DNA of 30,617 nt from a virus (lineage: Duplodnaviria; Caudoviricetes), in IMG/VR virus record IMGVR_UViG_3300020235_000165, positions 1 to 30,617 of that record; one strand, 5' to 3'. The notes under the pieces are model-generated. The model saw nothing but the letters and a program-made list of their open reading frames with translations. It made no database searches and was not told where the DNA came from. Positions 1 through 9,695 of this stretch are shown here, piece after piece. Positions within the stretch are counted from its first letter, which is position 1. Every line of letters begins with the position of its first letter. Both the position numbers and the translations under genes were made by a program.

Positions 1-2099
1 ATCTTGCACCGGCCGATCTTGTACGTGGCAGCGTTACCACCAGCGAATGAACTTGTTGTCCCGTCCATTAGCTTGAACCTGAGAATAAGATCAGATACAT
101 CCACATTAAATCTAGGGGTAAAGTCAACTTGCAACCTGTAATACTGAAGAAATCCTTGTCCTGATGCGTAAGCTGGTTGTGACCGCTGATCATCCATAGT
201 CTTGCTTGTCCACGTATCATCATCAGCGACCCACGTTGAACCGAGTACTGTTGTACCATCGCAAAGTCTAGCCTCTAAACGGAAATTCCTATCTGCCTCA
301 ATGCCCATGTCATAAACCATAGTCTGCATTGTGTATAGTTTATCTTCCTCAAGGTCTTCAAGTGGAATAGTGCATTCCAGTTTGCGAACTGCTGTATTGC
401 TATCTTCCGTCCACGTATACGATGAAATTCCAGCACGGACATTATATTCTGAATCCTTATTTGATGTATCTTCGGCAAGAGAATCTCCAGCCGGGGATAA
501 CGTCCAGAATGAATCATTAAGCAATTTCTCAATAGCGGGATCAATAAGATTGACGGCTCTCTCCCATGTAGGAAACTCAGTGAATACTAATTGTGCATCG
601 GGTATAGTTTTCTGTGTCCCAAATTGTGCCCAATTCCATAGCATCCATTCAACGCCAATTTCCTCACGAGCAAACTTAAACAAATCGCGCATAGGCCATA
701 TGCCGGGATGTGTTAATGTACCTGTCGGTATCGGCCAACAAAACTTCCACGCCTTACTTTCATTACCGGGGTCAATTCTATATGAATCAAATTGCATTGA
801 ATGGGATAAACGTTGATCAGGGAATGCTGCATGTATTCTCTGAAATACATTGTAGATTCTATCAGTTTCATAAGTCCCAGTCGGCGCTTCTGAAAGGGAC
901 TTAGCATATGGAAATAAATCAGGACCGGATAAAATCATATTGTTTTGCGGGGGTGATAACGCTCCAAGCGTAGCCCTCACATCAGTTATGATGTCAAAAA
1001 ATTCTCCTGTTCTTGTGCTGCCGTCAGAAAGAAAATTCATAAACATGAAGTGATTATAATCTGGCATTTGTATACAGATAGTTTCGTAAATGCTAACCAG
1101 ATTTACAATCCATTGATCGCATTCAGGGGTGGTGAGCGTTGGCTTTTGTGAGGTTTCAGACATAACAACCCCAGCGAATCCAGGGTAGCCGTTTAATTCA
1201 GTCGCCAAATCAACAATCATAGCCTCAAATGCGTCAGAACAAGTTAGCTCCCACATATTAGCATCCCATTCACCGCTCGACCCGGACTGAAACCCTAATG
1301 TCACCAGCCAAGGGGGTGTCGGTTCAATAGAATTAAAACTGCGCCACATTGGAAATACTAATAACCGTTGACCATTGTCAGAAGCTAACTGACAAGCAAA
1401 TTTAACATCCGTCCAATCGTAGACTGCTGACCCCGATGAACCTGTATCAATGTCAGACCAGAACCAGCGTCTAGAAACCATAGCAAGGTCGGTTAATGAA
1501 GTCATTGCGTCTAATTGTTCAGCATCCCTGTCGGCATTTGTTTTACTAGGGCTGCGCATTTCAATACCGATAACGTGACCCTTGGGCGTGTTCACATCTG
1601 GGTCACCTGCGACTGGTGGCGGGGTCGCCTCTGTTGTCAGCCAGAAGCGCACAAACTGCCATGCGTCAGTAATTATACCTACATACCTGAGAACCCCCAT
1701 CGAGTATTGAGTATCGAGTAGTAAATTATCTGGTGTGTTTAGTACCACGCCTGACGCACCTACCAGTCTAACTCCGCCCGCTCCCAATTGATTTATAATA
1801 AATTCAGTGCCATCAGGGTATGGAACAGCCGCATTTGTAGGGACAGTGATAAGAACCTCTGAGGCAGCCGCTATATCCAGATTTTTGTTAGCGTCGCCAA
1901 TTTCTAAGGTATAGTCACCATTTAAAAATACATTTTCCCTAGGTGTATTCCGCTTCGCCCATGTGCCTAAATGATCCGCTCGTATCTCTTTTAAGTCACC
2001 CCCACTCTCTGAAACGTCGGCAACAGGAAGCAAGTCGCCTGATTCAAGAGTATCAGCAGTAAGCGGGTCTGTATCAGTTGGAAATGTCGTGTCAACCAT
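1..2099 (-). CDS. Tail fibre/tailspike with putative glycoside hydrolase (clan GH-A-like TIM barrel) domain; 3' end runs off the window (~699 aa visible)
   Basis: Absent from the ORF track because it has no stop in the window. Manual translation from ATG 2099 is open to position 3: MVDTTFPTDTDPL... N-terminal tail-fibre-type module YTLEIGDANKNLDIAAASEVLITVPTNAAVPYPDGTEFIINQLGAGGVRLVGASGV. Then RRWFWSDIDTGSSGSAVYDWTDVKFACQLASDNGQRLLVFPMWRSF..PTPPWL and GFAGVVMSET, resembling GH42/GH5-like barrels. Confidence 0.75.
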   Translation of the reverse strand, partial: MVDTTFPTDTDPLTADTLESGDLLPVADVSESGGDLKEIRADHLGTWAKRNTPRENVFLNGDYTLEIGDANKNLDIAAASEVLITVPTNAAVPYPDGTEFIINQLGAGGVRLVGASGVVLNTPDNLLLDTQYSMGVLRYVGIITDAWQFVRFWLTTEATPPPVAGDPDVNTPKGHVIGIEMRSPSKTNADRDAEQLDAMTSLTDLAMVSRRWFWSDIDTGSSGSAVYDWTDVKFACQLASDNGQRLLVFPMWRSFNSIEPTPPWLVTLGFQSGSSGEWDANMWELTCSDAFEAMIVDLATELNGYPGFAGVVMSETSQKPTLTTPECDQWIVNLVSIYETICIQMPDYNHFMFMNFLSDGSTRTGEFFDIITDVRATLGALSPPQNNMILSGPDLFPYAKSLSEAPTGTYETDRIYNVFQRIHAAFPDQRLSHSMQFDSYRIDPGNESKAWKFCWPIPTGTLTHPGIWPMRDLFKFAREEIGVEWMLWNWAQFGTQKTIPDAQLVFTEFPTWERAVNLIDPAIEKLLNDSFWTLSPAGDSLAEDTSNKDSEYNVRAGISSYTWTEDSNTAVRKLECTIPLEDLEEDKLYTMQTMVYDMGIEADRNFRLEARLCDGTTVLGSTWVADDDTWTSKTMDDQRSQPAYASGQGFLQYYRLQVDFTPRFNVDVSDLILRFKLMDGTTSSFAGGNAATYKIGRCK

Positions 2100-2109
2100 G
2101 AGTATATCT

Positions 2110-4659
2110 CTAATTAATAGTGGTTAATCCAGTCTTAACGCCGCCCACAAGGACGTTAAGCTCCGTAACAACTCCGCCTACATAGACGTAAGTATTACCA
2201 TCATAAGTATCAGGTTCGGTGAGCACCCTTAATGTTTGCTGTGATTTGACGCCTATACGGAGTAGTTCTTTATAGTATCTATCTGATGTTATACTTTCTA
2301 TATTTCCTAAATCTACCTCTACTGCAACAGCCTCCAACCAATCTATAGCGTCTACTATATTCCAGTTTGTACCACTAGATGCTCCAGTACTAAAGACATG
2401 CGTAACTAAACCGATACTTTGGAATCCGTGCATAGCCGTTATCTTTATCGCACGATCAATCATCTTTGTTTCGTCAAATGCGTAAGTAGTCCCGCCCCAT
2501 GACATGCCAGATACAGAAAGAAACTCCTTGCCCACAGTACCTGATGGTGGATATACGGTAGCTGTGTCCCACGTCCCTGTAATACCGCGAGCAGACTTAA
2601 AGCCTTGATTGATTAAAGCCTGTCTAGCGTAATTATCCCGGTCAGAGGGGTTGCCATTCTTCCAAGCGTTATTGGGATAAACATAGTGGTCTAAGTTTAA
2701 GGCATAATTTGGGTCTATAGCAACTAAGAGAGCCTTATTATCAATGAGAGTTTGCTCAGCCTCGGCTGTGCTATCATGACTATTCAACGCAGGTCCATCA
2801 TGAAGGATAACCTCACAGTAAGGAGAATCGAACTGCTCATCCATTTCTGCAAATGAAATTCTTTGACCTGAACCAATTCCATCAGCTATCCAAGCAGAAA
2901 TAATACGAAGTTCAAGCCGCTCTATTGCTTCAAAGAATGTCTCAGACCTTGCCGGGTCTTCAATTCGCATAATCGAGTGGTTAGCGTCATCATTCCATAT
3001 CTTAAGACTGGGAGACACACCACCACCTTGAACAATGCTATTAATAATAGCTATCTTATAATCATTAGGTTCGGCTGGAACACGGTAGGCGCCCATAGCT
3101 ATCGGTGTAATTTGTATTTCTTTTATACCGGCTGTTCTGTCCCAACCCCCACCGGACTCTGTAATAATAGTTTCTGGATGCGTATAAAATTCAAGATCGG
3201 CAATTTCATCAGCAAGCTCAGGTAATATTACAATCTCTGACCCGCCTATCTCCGCCATAGTGTTTAATCTATATTGCCACGTAGTATACCCGACACCATC
3301 ATGAGTAAACCGAATATCGTACCCTACCGCAGTCCCACCACCTGCTGATGGAAACATAAGGTTCAATCTAATTGGTTGGTCTGTATTCGTCAGGGCGACA
3401 TTACTTCCATAGGCAAGAGTAAGTACTCCATCAGGACCATCACTTACTGCACCGACTTGAAGCGCATGTCCATATATGTTAGGGACTTGTGTATTATTCA
3501 CAGCATCAACGCCGTTCGTCCCAGCGGTAATAGTTAAATTCGAATCAGCAACATCACCTTCAAACAAAGTTTCAATTATTGGGTTAAGACGAAGCCTTGC
3601 ATTCTGGTTAACGAACGCACTACCCTCAACATTCCATAATGCAAAGCTACTTCCATAATGAATGCCATCGCGCCAATCTAACGCTATAAGGTCCCCACCT
3701 TGATAGATAATAGGTTGAACTCCCGTTGGTTTGTACGCCGAACCTGGACTGCCTAAATCTACCGGGTCACCTGATGAAGAACGGAACTTACTAATGTCAC
3801 TTGTCGGTATAAATCCAGCAGCGATTACAAAGTCCCCCATCCAACCATCTACACTCTGAACATTATTTCCTGGATACGTCCGTCCCATCAATGCAAGATA
3901 GTTACCAGCGTCCATGCCGGGGGCTTTTACATCGTCAACGCTTAAAGTTTGCGACACTCCGTCTATCATATAATTGCTTAGAGTATTAGGTCCATCCCAA
4001 CTTATTATGACATGATGCTTATCCAAATCTGTCTGCACAATGTTAACAGACATCATAACAGACAAATCAACGTTATCCAAAGACATTTGTATCGTGCCAC
4101 CACTTGTAGTGACTCGACGTATATAATTGTTCACACCCCCCGCAGTTAGTGACTGCGCGGTGACAAACAAATAGGTTGTCGCTGCTGCGGCCTCCTTAAA
4201 CTGATACCAAAAACTTATATGTCCGGTCGGCATGTTAGGAACTGCGGTAACGGGAGATATCAACCACTGGTCAATATCTGAGTAAATAAAATTCTGCTCA
4301 TACAGCGTAGCCCCGTCCATAACGAGTGCGCCATTAGAATCTGTAAGGAAGCCATTAAGAATCCCTCCCCCAACCCCTGCGAAGTCTACTGTACAGAGCC
4401 GACCATCCGCAGTAATCCCCTCCCCATTCCTCATATAAGCAGGGGCTTCATTAGCAATTATGTTAATTCCGGCAGGAGAAGTGAGTCTACCATTGATCAT
4501 CTGGGCATTTCCAATATCGCCTGTGACCAATAACGTGCCGTCAGCTTTGACGGCTTGTCCATGAATAATCGATGCCCCCGCAGGGAGGACACTACCGGCA
4601 ACTACCTCAGCTTGTATGCGGGCGTCGTCGTTAACTCTAAGACCATGTAAGATAGACAT
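2110..4659 (-). CDS. Tail-associated protein with LamG/ConA-like region and C-terminal polysaccharide deacetylase (NodB/CE4-like) domain
   Basis: 849 aa ORF in the virion module. HISFWY...KHHVIISWDG...YMIDGV...GWMGDFVI is LamG-like. CE4-like motifs occur in order: KIWNDDA, EVILHDGPALNSH, HYVYPNN, GFKSARG, GLVTHVF. Confidence 0.65.
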   Translation of the reverse strand: MSILHGLRVNDDARIQAEVVAGSVLPAGASIIHGQAVKADGTLLVTGDIGNAQMINGRLTSPAGINIIANEAPAYMRNGEGITADGRLCTVDFAGVGGGILNGFLTDSNGALVMDGATLYEQNFIYSDIDQWLISPVTAVPNMPTGHISFWYQFKEAAAATTYLFVTAQSLTAGGVNNYIRRVTTSGGTIQMSLDNVDLSVMMSVNIVQTDLDKHHVIISWDGPNTLSNYMIDGVSQTLSVDDVKAPGMDAGNYLALMGRTYPGNNVQSVDGWMGDFVIAAGFIPTSDISKFRSSSGDPVDLGSPGSAYKPTGVQPIIYQGGDLIALDWRDGIHYGSSFALWNVEGSAFVNQNARLRLNPIIETLFEGDVADSNLTITAGTNGVDAVNNTQVPNIYGHALQVGAVSDGPDGVLTLAYGSNVALTNTDQPIRLNLMFPSAGGGTAVGYDIRFTHDGVGYTTWQYRLNTMAEIGGSEIVILPELADEIADLEFYTHPETIITESGGGWDRTAGIKEIQITPIAMGAYRVPAEPNDYKIAIINSIVQGGGVSPSLKIWNDDANHSIMRIEDPARSETFFEAIERLELRIISAWIADGIGSGQRISFAEMDEQFDSPYCEVILHDGPALNSHDSTAEAEQTLIDNKALLVAIDPNYALNLDHYVYPNNAWKNGNPSDRDNYARQALINQGFKSARGITGTWDTATVYPPSGTVGKEFLSVSGMSWGGTTYAFDETKMIDRAIKITAMHGFQSIGLVTHVFSTGASSGTNWNIVDAIDWLEAVAVEVDLGNIESITSDRYYKELLRIGVKSQQTLRVLTEPDTYDGNTYVYVGGVVTELNVLVGGVKTGLTTIN

Positions 4660-4664
4660 TAGTA

Positions 4665-4691
4665 ATTGAAGGGGGAGAACCCCCCTTCAAT
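4665..4691 (-). terminator. 11-bp perfect stem-loop directly upstream of the 849-aa gene start
   Basis: ATTGAAGGGGG-AGAAC-CCCCCTTCAAT. The U-tract is weak, so it may be an attenuator or processing signal. Confidence 0.5.
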
Positions 4692-4696
4692 CTATC

Positions 4697-5023
4697 TTAC
4701 GCTGCTGCGTCGGCTACTTGGGTAACACTCTTGACCCAACCAAATTCGTTGTCCACGAATGCAACTGCCGAACTAATATAAGCTCCCGAGCCATCAGTTG
4801 CCTGACCTGCTGCCGAAACAGTAATATCAGTCTGCGATGCAGCAATCGCACCACCAGCCTGAACATAACGATAAGTGAAGCCATCATTACCAATGACAGT
4901 TGTGTTCGCTTCGAACTCAGCCGCTTGCCCTTCCGCAGATACCGACTCTCCATCTTCAATCAAGATACGACTATCGAGGTTTAGAGCCCCGAGTAATCCA
5001 CTTGTCGTTGCTACATTTGCCAT
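4697..5023 (-). CDS. Small virion protein downstream of the capsid gene (possible decoration/cement protein), 108 aa
   Basis: Start reassigned to ATG 5023, which follows an AAGGAG SD. Ala/Gly/Thr-rich beta-type sequence (GFTYRYVQAGGAIAA...NEFGWV). Confidence 0.6.
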   Translation of the reverse strand: MANVATTSGLLGALNLDSRILIEDGESVSAEGQAAEFEANTTVIGNDGFTYRYVQAGGAIAASQTDITVSAAGQATDGSGAYISSAVAFVDNEFGWVKSVTQVADAAA

Positions 5024-5038
5024 CTTACTAAACTCCTT

Positions 5039-5066
5039 AAAAAAGAGCGGGGGAACACCCCCGCTC
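5039..5066 (-). terminator. Rho-independent terminator after the major capsid gene
   Basis: Minus strand GAGCGGGGG-TGTT-CCCCCGCTC followed by TTTTTT. Confidence 0.85.
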
Positions 5067-5086
5067 AACTCGTCTGGTGGGGAGAA

Positions 5087-6037
5087 TCAGGCTCCGTTCA
5101 GACGACCCTGGAACTTCGAACCGCTTACGGTCAGGTTTCCAGCCCAAGCCAGAATCTGTACCTCAGCGTCTTGGTTCGTTGCGTACCGACGATTGGGCGA
5201 GAGCGGAACCATATTCCGTTTCGCATGTGGACGGTAGTGGAGATAGTCAGTATTCAACCAGAAACTGGTGCTGGCTGGACATTGACCTCCGATACCACCG
5301 TCGAGACACACATCGGCGTCCATGTACTTAAGGGTAGGGAAGCCAAGCTTGCCCACTTCAGGTGACATGAATCGTTGGTGCTGCTGCAGACTCTCAACAT
5401 ACAGAATCCACAGCAAGTTATCCACCATGATAAGGTCAGGGCGGTCGTTGCCACGAACCAGATTAGACCACATAGTGTTGAACAGCGTTTGGATGTTGCC
5501 ACTGGTCGCCGTAGTCGTATTCACATACGGAACCCAGAATGCCCATGTACCTCGAGCGATACCTCCATAAGTCCCGGTTCCAATAATGGCAGCATCTAAA
5601 CCATCTATCTGCTTACCACTAAACCCGGTTCCATCAGAGTATAGGCCGAGCGACATGTTGTTCGCCATTGTCTTTTCGGCAATTGAGAGACGACTGTCCA
5701 TCAGGTCAATCATCTTTTCCTTGCCAGCGTTCTGGAGCATTTCCAGACCAGACATGACGACCGGAGCCGCACACTGCTTGATGTCATATTCGGCTGCAGA
5801 AATAACATCACTTACGCCAACGGGTAGGACGTCGTACCCGCTATACCAACCGAAGTTCTGGTTCTCAGCAAAGCTGAGTTCCTGAAGGATTTTGTTACCA
5901 CCAGAGAACGTTTTCATGTTCCCATTCATGGACAGTTTCTTCAGAACGGCATTGTTGTTTGTGACATTATCAGCAACCTTCTTGCTACGATTTTCAATCG
6001 TAGTAGCGAGGATATCGCTAATGTTTGGGAAGGCCAT
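5087..6037 (-). CDS. Major capsid protein
   Basis: 316 aa starting MAFPNISDILATTIENRSKKVADNVTNNNA, typical of a widespread podovirus capsid family. It follows the scaffold and has its own promoter, a GAGGA SD and a terminator. Confidence 0.85.
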   Translation of the reverse strand: MAFPNISDILATTIENRSKKVADNVTNNNAVLKKLSMNGNMKTFSGGNKILQELSFAENQNFGWYSGYDVLPVGVSDVISAAEYDIKQCAAPVVMSGLEMLQNAGKEKMIDLMDSRLSIAEKTMANNMSLGLYSDGTGFSGKQIDGLDAAIIGTGTYGGIARGTWAFWVPYVNTTTATSGNIQTLFNTMWSNLVRGNDRPDLIMVDNLLWILYVESLQQHQRFMSPEVGKLGFPTLKYMDADVCLDGGIGGQCPASTSFWLNTDYLHYRPHAKRNMVPLSPNRRYATNQDAEVQILAWAGNLTVSGSKFQGRLNGA

Positions 6038-6162
6038 TGATGTTCCTCAAGTTAAGGGTGGAAAGAAGTGCCTCAGCATGGGGCGTTATCGCCTTGCTCT
6101 CTCCGAACTTGGGGAACTCTCGGTTAGACCGTGGGAGTCCTAGCTCTTTTGAAGTCCCATTT

Positions 6163-6191
6163 ACTATAACACATGAATATAAGAAGCGCAA
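6163..6191 (-). promoter_or_regulatory. sigma70-type promoter for the capsid gene
   Basis: TTGCGC-N17-TATAGT with a TG extended -10 element. Confidence 0.7.
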
Positions 6192-6197
6192 CCCTTA

Positions 6198-7274
6198 TTA
6201 ACGTTCTTCAGCAGCAGCCCACGCTCTGCTTATATCATCAGACACTGAACTTCCAGCTTTGGCGGAATCAACCTCCCCCGAAGAACCTCCGGGCTTTATG
6301 CTGGCCGCTGCTCGCTTACGCCGAGAAGCTGCATCGTCAGCCCCGTTAGTTGGAGTCCTAGCCGCTATAACCTTCTGTATATCTGGGCGGATACTAAGTG
6401 CAGCATCATACGCCTGTTGAATATCCATAAGTTGACCTCGGTCAGCCGCATCAACAAGCAATGCAGACATTGCTTCTTTAACATCATGAAAAAATTCGTT
6501 CTTAGGGTCAGCCATGAACGTTTCAATCTTCTGGTTAGCTGCGTAGACGTTTTGTTGATCTTCCTGAGGTGCCTGCTCCTGCGCCCCACCGACACCCTGA
6601 GCCATGCGTATACGCTCGTCCACCATAGCCTGAATATCTTGGGGTTGTGCTTCACCAGCGTCCTCACCAGTGAGCATACGGTCAAGCATGTTTACATCAA
6701 CGCCGTAGTCTCGTATCAACTCAAGCATGATACCAGCTTTTTGCTGAGGAGAACCTACCTTAAGACCAGCAGCCGTTTGGAAAAGAAAACTAGCTGCCGC
6801 CATCGGGTTACTACCCTCGGCAGCAATGAACGGCATGTAAGGCTGAACCATCCGGCTAAACGTGTCTGTGAAGTGACGAGCTCCAGATGTTACCTGAAGA
6901 GCCTGAGTTATCTCAGTCTCTCTACGTTCAATTTCAGCTTTAGCTTCAGCAGGGATTTTTCCCCATGCTTCTCTGGCATTAGGTTTCCAGGAAACAGGCG
7001 CACGACCTTCGTCGTCCTTCTCCCCTTTCTTTTCGCCTCCTTCCTCGTCCTTAACATCCTCTCCAGTCGGTTCCTCCGGGGGGGTTTCATCCCCTTCATC
7101 TGCCGAGAGCTTATCTTCCACTGGCGGATCGCCAACGTCACCTTCAAGTTCTTCTGATCCTGAAGGCTCCTTAGGCTCTTTTGGTGCTGGTTCATTATTA
7201 TCCTCTGTACCTTCGATTTCATCAAAGGCTGCTGATAACTCGTCTGCGCGGGTTACTTCTTCTTCTTCTGGCAT
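6198..7274 (-). CDS. Capsid scaffolding protein
   Basis: Acidic disordered N-terminus, APVSWK...WGKIP motif, helical body and basic C-terminal tail. Located between portal and capsid genes. Confidence 0.75.
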   Translation of the reverse strand: MPEEEEVTRADELSAAFDEIEGTEDNNEPAPKEPKEPSGSEELEGDVGDPPVEDKLSADEGDETPPEEPTGEDVKDEEGGEKKGEKDDEGRAPVSWKPNAREAWGKIPAEAKAEIERRETEITQALQVTSGARHFTDTFSRMVQPYMPFIAAEGSNPMAAASFLFQTAAGLKVGSPQQKAGIMLELIRDYGVDVNMLDRMLTGEDAGEAQPQDIQAMVDERIRMAQGVGGAQEQAPQEDQQNVYAANQKIETFMADPKNEFFHDVKEAMSALLVDAADRGQLMDIQQAYDAALSIRPDIQKVIAARTPTNGADDAASRRKRAAASIKPGGSSGEVDSAKAGSSVSDDISRAWAAAEER

Positions 7275-7603
7275 TAGTAATCTCCACCATTATCATGTAT
7301 AGCTTTTCTTATATCCTCTACGCGGCCATCTTTACCAGCCAAGAATACCTTTTCATGTTCTTTACGGTTAATATCCCCCTGATTACCCCAGTCCTCAAAA
7401 CTGACCACATTATGACGGTGATTATGCCGACGAAGTGCGCTACGTGAACCGACGACCTTACCACTCACGCTTGAAACAAACGGCTCAATATCATTCAAGA
7501 CTCTTGGAGCCTTGTTAGGAGCTACCTCGTCCATATGAACAGCGTGCTCTTCAGAAGACCTGAGCTTAAAATCGACCTTACTCTGTATCCACCTAGTCCG
7601 CAT
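7274..7603 (-). CDS. Hypothetical head-module protein (109 aa)
   Basis: Probable start ATG 7603 overlaps the portal stop. Contains DIEPFVSSVSGKVVGSRSALRRHNHRHNVV, a type often seen between portal and scaffold. Confidence 0.65.
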   Translation of the reverse strand: MRTRWIQSKVDFKLRSSEEHAVHMDEVAPNKAPRVLNDIEPFVSSVSGKVVGSRSALRRHNHRHNVVSFEDWGNQGDINRKEHEKVFLAGKDGRVEDIRKAIHDNGGDY

Positions 7604-9695
7604 CTCTTTCCTTCTTCCTTGCCAAATCAGCCTTAACTTCTTCAACATAAGTGGCTACTGAACCCTTAGCCTCGTCTACAATAGTATCTATCATGCCCTC
7701 AGCCTGCGACTGCCGTATTCCCTCATCTGCCTGAACAGTTTCTTCCAGCACATTTAGCTCACCTGTAACAAATATCTTCTTCATATCCTGTTCAAAGTCA
7801 GCCAGCATTTTCTCCATATCTCCGCCGAACTTAGTTTGCAGCTCTTCCATCTTACTTTGATGCTTCGCCTGCTCAGCCTCCATCTTATTCTGGTGCTTCT
7901 GCTGCTCGGCCTGCATGTTAGCCTCAGATTTCGCCTTCTCTGCTGCAATTTTCGGGTCTTCTGGCTCCTGCTTCGGCGGGGCTTTAAACATTTCGTCAAG
8001 GGCTTTATCTATCACGCCCTCAATTTCCTGGCTACCCTTGAATCCAGCAAGTCCCCATTTCAGTAACTGTACGAGGACAGGTCCTGCTTCGGGGGCTTCC
8101 TTGACTAAGCCTGACCCGGCTTGGAGGAACGTACTCAGGGCGGTGAGGTACTCTGTCCGCTCACTGCGTAGCTGAGCATAGTCAACCATAGCCACCGACT
8201 CAGCTTTAACTTCAACTCGCCATAGCCCAAAATCGGAGGACTTAATAAGCTGGATGGCCGGCTCTGCCATCTCCGCATCATTCGTATACTGTATATTAGA
8301 CTGTTTGGCTATAGTCTCAGGTTGGAAGTGCTTAGATATAACCTCGGCCTTTAGCAGCATCAAACCAGTGGCGAAATTGGCGAACTCATCCTGAAGTGCC
8401 TGGATACGGATACTACCGAACTTAGCCTTCAGCTTGTCACTCGCAGCAGCCGTGTACTGGTCGCTAGACCCCCGCATGATATCAGCGAGGCCTGTAATCT
8501 GGTGGAGCAGCGCAATGTTTTCATCACGTAACTCGCGGAGCTGGTTAAGAACACCTGCTACCTCACCAACAGGATACCAATCCATTACTCCCTTCAACCC
8601 ACCCTTCTCAGCCAGAACTGCCCAACTATCTACAGGTATGAGCTCATTCTCCAGCCCCTCCTTAAGAATACGTTGGAGTTCGCCACATTGCTTGTCATAT
8701 ACACCTACGACCTTAATAGCCCGCGTGATGTTCGCTATGCGCGTCTCAAGCCGGTCAATTTCATTATATAAGTCTTGCGCCATACAAAAATCTGGTTTCG
8801 GCATGAACAAACTGGTCGTCACATTTGCAACCATTGGCGTAGGAGTAGGATAGAACCCATGTAACTCTAGGGGGTCATCCTTTTCATCCAATAGCTGGTC
8901 ACAGCCCTTTGTCCACCAATAGACCTTATTATCACCTTCGTGCCAAATTTCCCAAACTTCAGCTTCTTCTGTAAGCGAGGTAAAATCAGAATCTGTGCTT
9001 TCATATGATTCCTCAGAGTAAACCTTTCGCTTGCTATACTCCGCTTGATTAGCTGCGTCCTCACCGAACCTAGCCTCCATAGCCTCCTTATCCATATAGC
9101 TCTTAAAGGCTTCCCACCGACGTTCCCCCCATGTGCGAGTCCATGACCACAGGTAATCCCGCCAGTGAATATAATCTATGGAGGCATTTTCCCACAGAAG
9201 TTGCCCCTCAACCTCAGTTACTTCCCCGTCTTCGCCCTCCACTTCCATCATTTCAGCTTCATACTCATATCGAACCCGAGCAGTGCCGAGTCCTGGTATT
9301 AACCGATCTTGAAGTGCTTGACGTAAAACATCGGGGATATTTTCTCCAGGGTCCTCAATGGAGTTATTCAGCATACGGCCGAGCATAAGGCTGGCGACGC
9401 GGGCTTGGTCGTCATCTGAGTCGGCATGTTTTCGGGTAACGTCTACTTTCGGCAGTTTGCCGAACAGCATGGAGCTTACTATAGTGATATTAGCGTGGAA
9501 GAGATTTAGCTTGGCTACTTCGTAGTCGCCATCAGTCTCCCCCTGCGTTTTACGATTATCCAAGTAACGATCGTTAACTTGATCCCCCTGCTTATGGAAC
9601 CTTCGCACCATTTTCTGAGCAGCTTCGATCTCCCTTGACCACCGGTCGGCTGGAGTTTCCCGTTCGGTGACGTCCTCAGATTCTTCGTGAGCCAT
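7593..9695 (-). CDS. Portal protein (podovirus-type, long C-terminal coiled-coil)
   Basis: 700 aa directly downstream of TerL, with a Q/E/K-rich helical C-terminal barrel. Confidence 0.85.
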   Translation of the reverse strand: MAHEESEDVTERETPADRWSREIEAAQKMVRRFHKQGDQVNDRYLDNRKTQGETDGDYEVAKLNLFHANITIVSSMLFGKLPKVDVTRKHADSDDDQARVASLMLGRMLNNSIEDPGENIPDVLRQALQDRLIPGLGTARVRYEYEAEMMEVEGEDGEVTEVEGQLLWENASIDYIHWRDYLWSWTRTWGERRWEAFKSYMDKEAMEARFGEDAANQAEYSKRKVYSEESYESTDSDFTSLTEEAEVWEIWHEGDNKVYWWTKGCDQLLDEKDDPLELHGFYPTPTPMVANVTTSLFMPKPDFCMAQDLYNEIDRLETRIANITRAIKVVGVYDKQCGELQRILKEGLENELIPVDSWAVLAEKGGLKGVMDWYPVGEVAGVLNQLRELRDENIALLHQITGLADIMRGSSDQYTAAASDKLKAKFGSIRIQALQDEFANFATGLMLLKAEVISKHFQPETIAKQSNIQYTNDAEMAEPAIQLIKSSDFGLWRVEVKAESVAMVDYAQLRSERTEYLTALSTFLQAGSGLVKEAPEAGPVLVQLLKWGLAGFKGSQEIEGVIDKALDEMFKAPPKQEPEDPKIAAEKAKSEANMQAEQQKHQNKMEAEQAKHQSKMEELQTKFGGDMEKMLADFEQDMKKIFVTGELNVLEETVQADEGIRQSQAEGMIDTIVDEAKGSVATYVEEVKADLARKKERDAD

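Noticed and set aside
68-1721. Short track ORFs (68..259, 275..544, 331..816, 710..904, 713..907, 1515..1721)
   Set aside because: All are shadows of the long minus-strand frame open from 2099 to the window edge.
6095-6160. c-di-GMP-I riboswitch resemblance (CACGGTCTAA)
   Set aside because: The GGCAAA/GAAA/GCAAA core elements are missing. Kept only as a generic structured leader.
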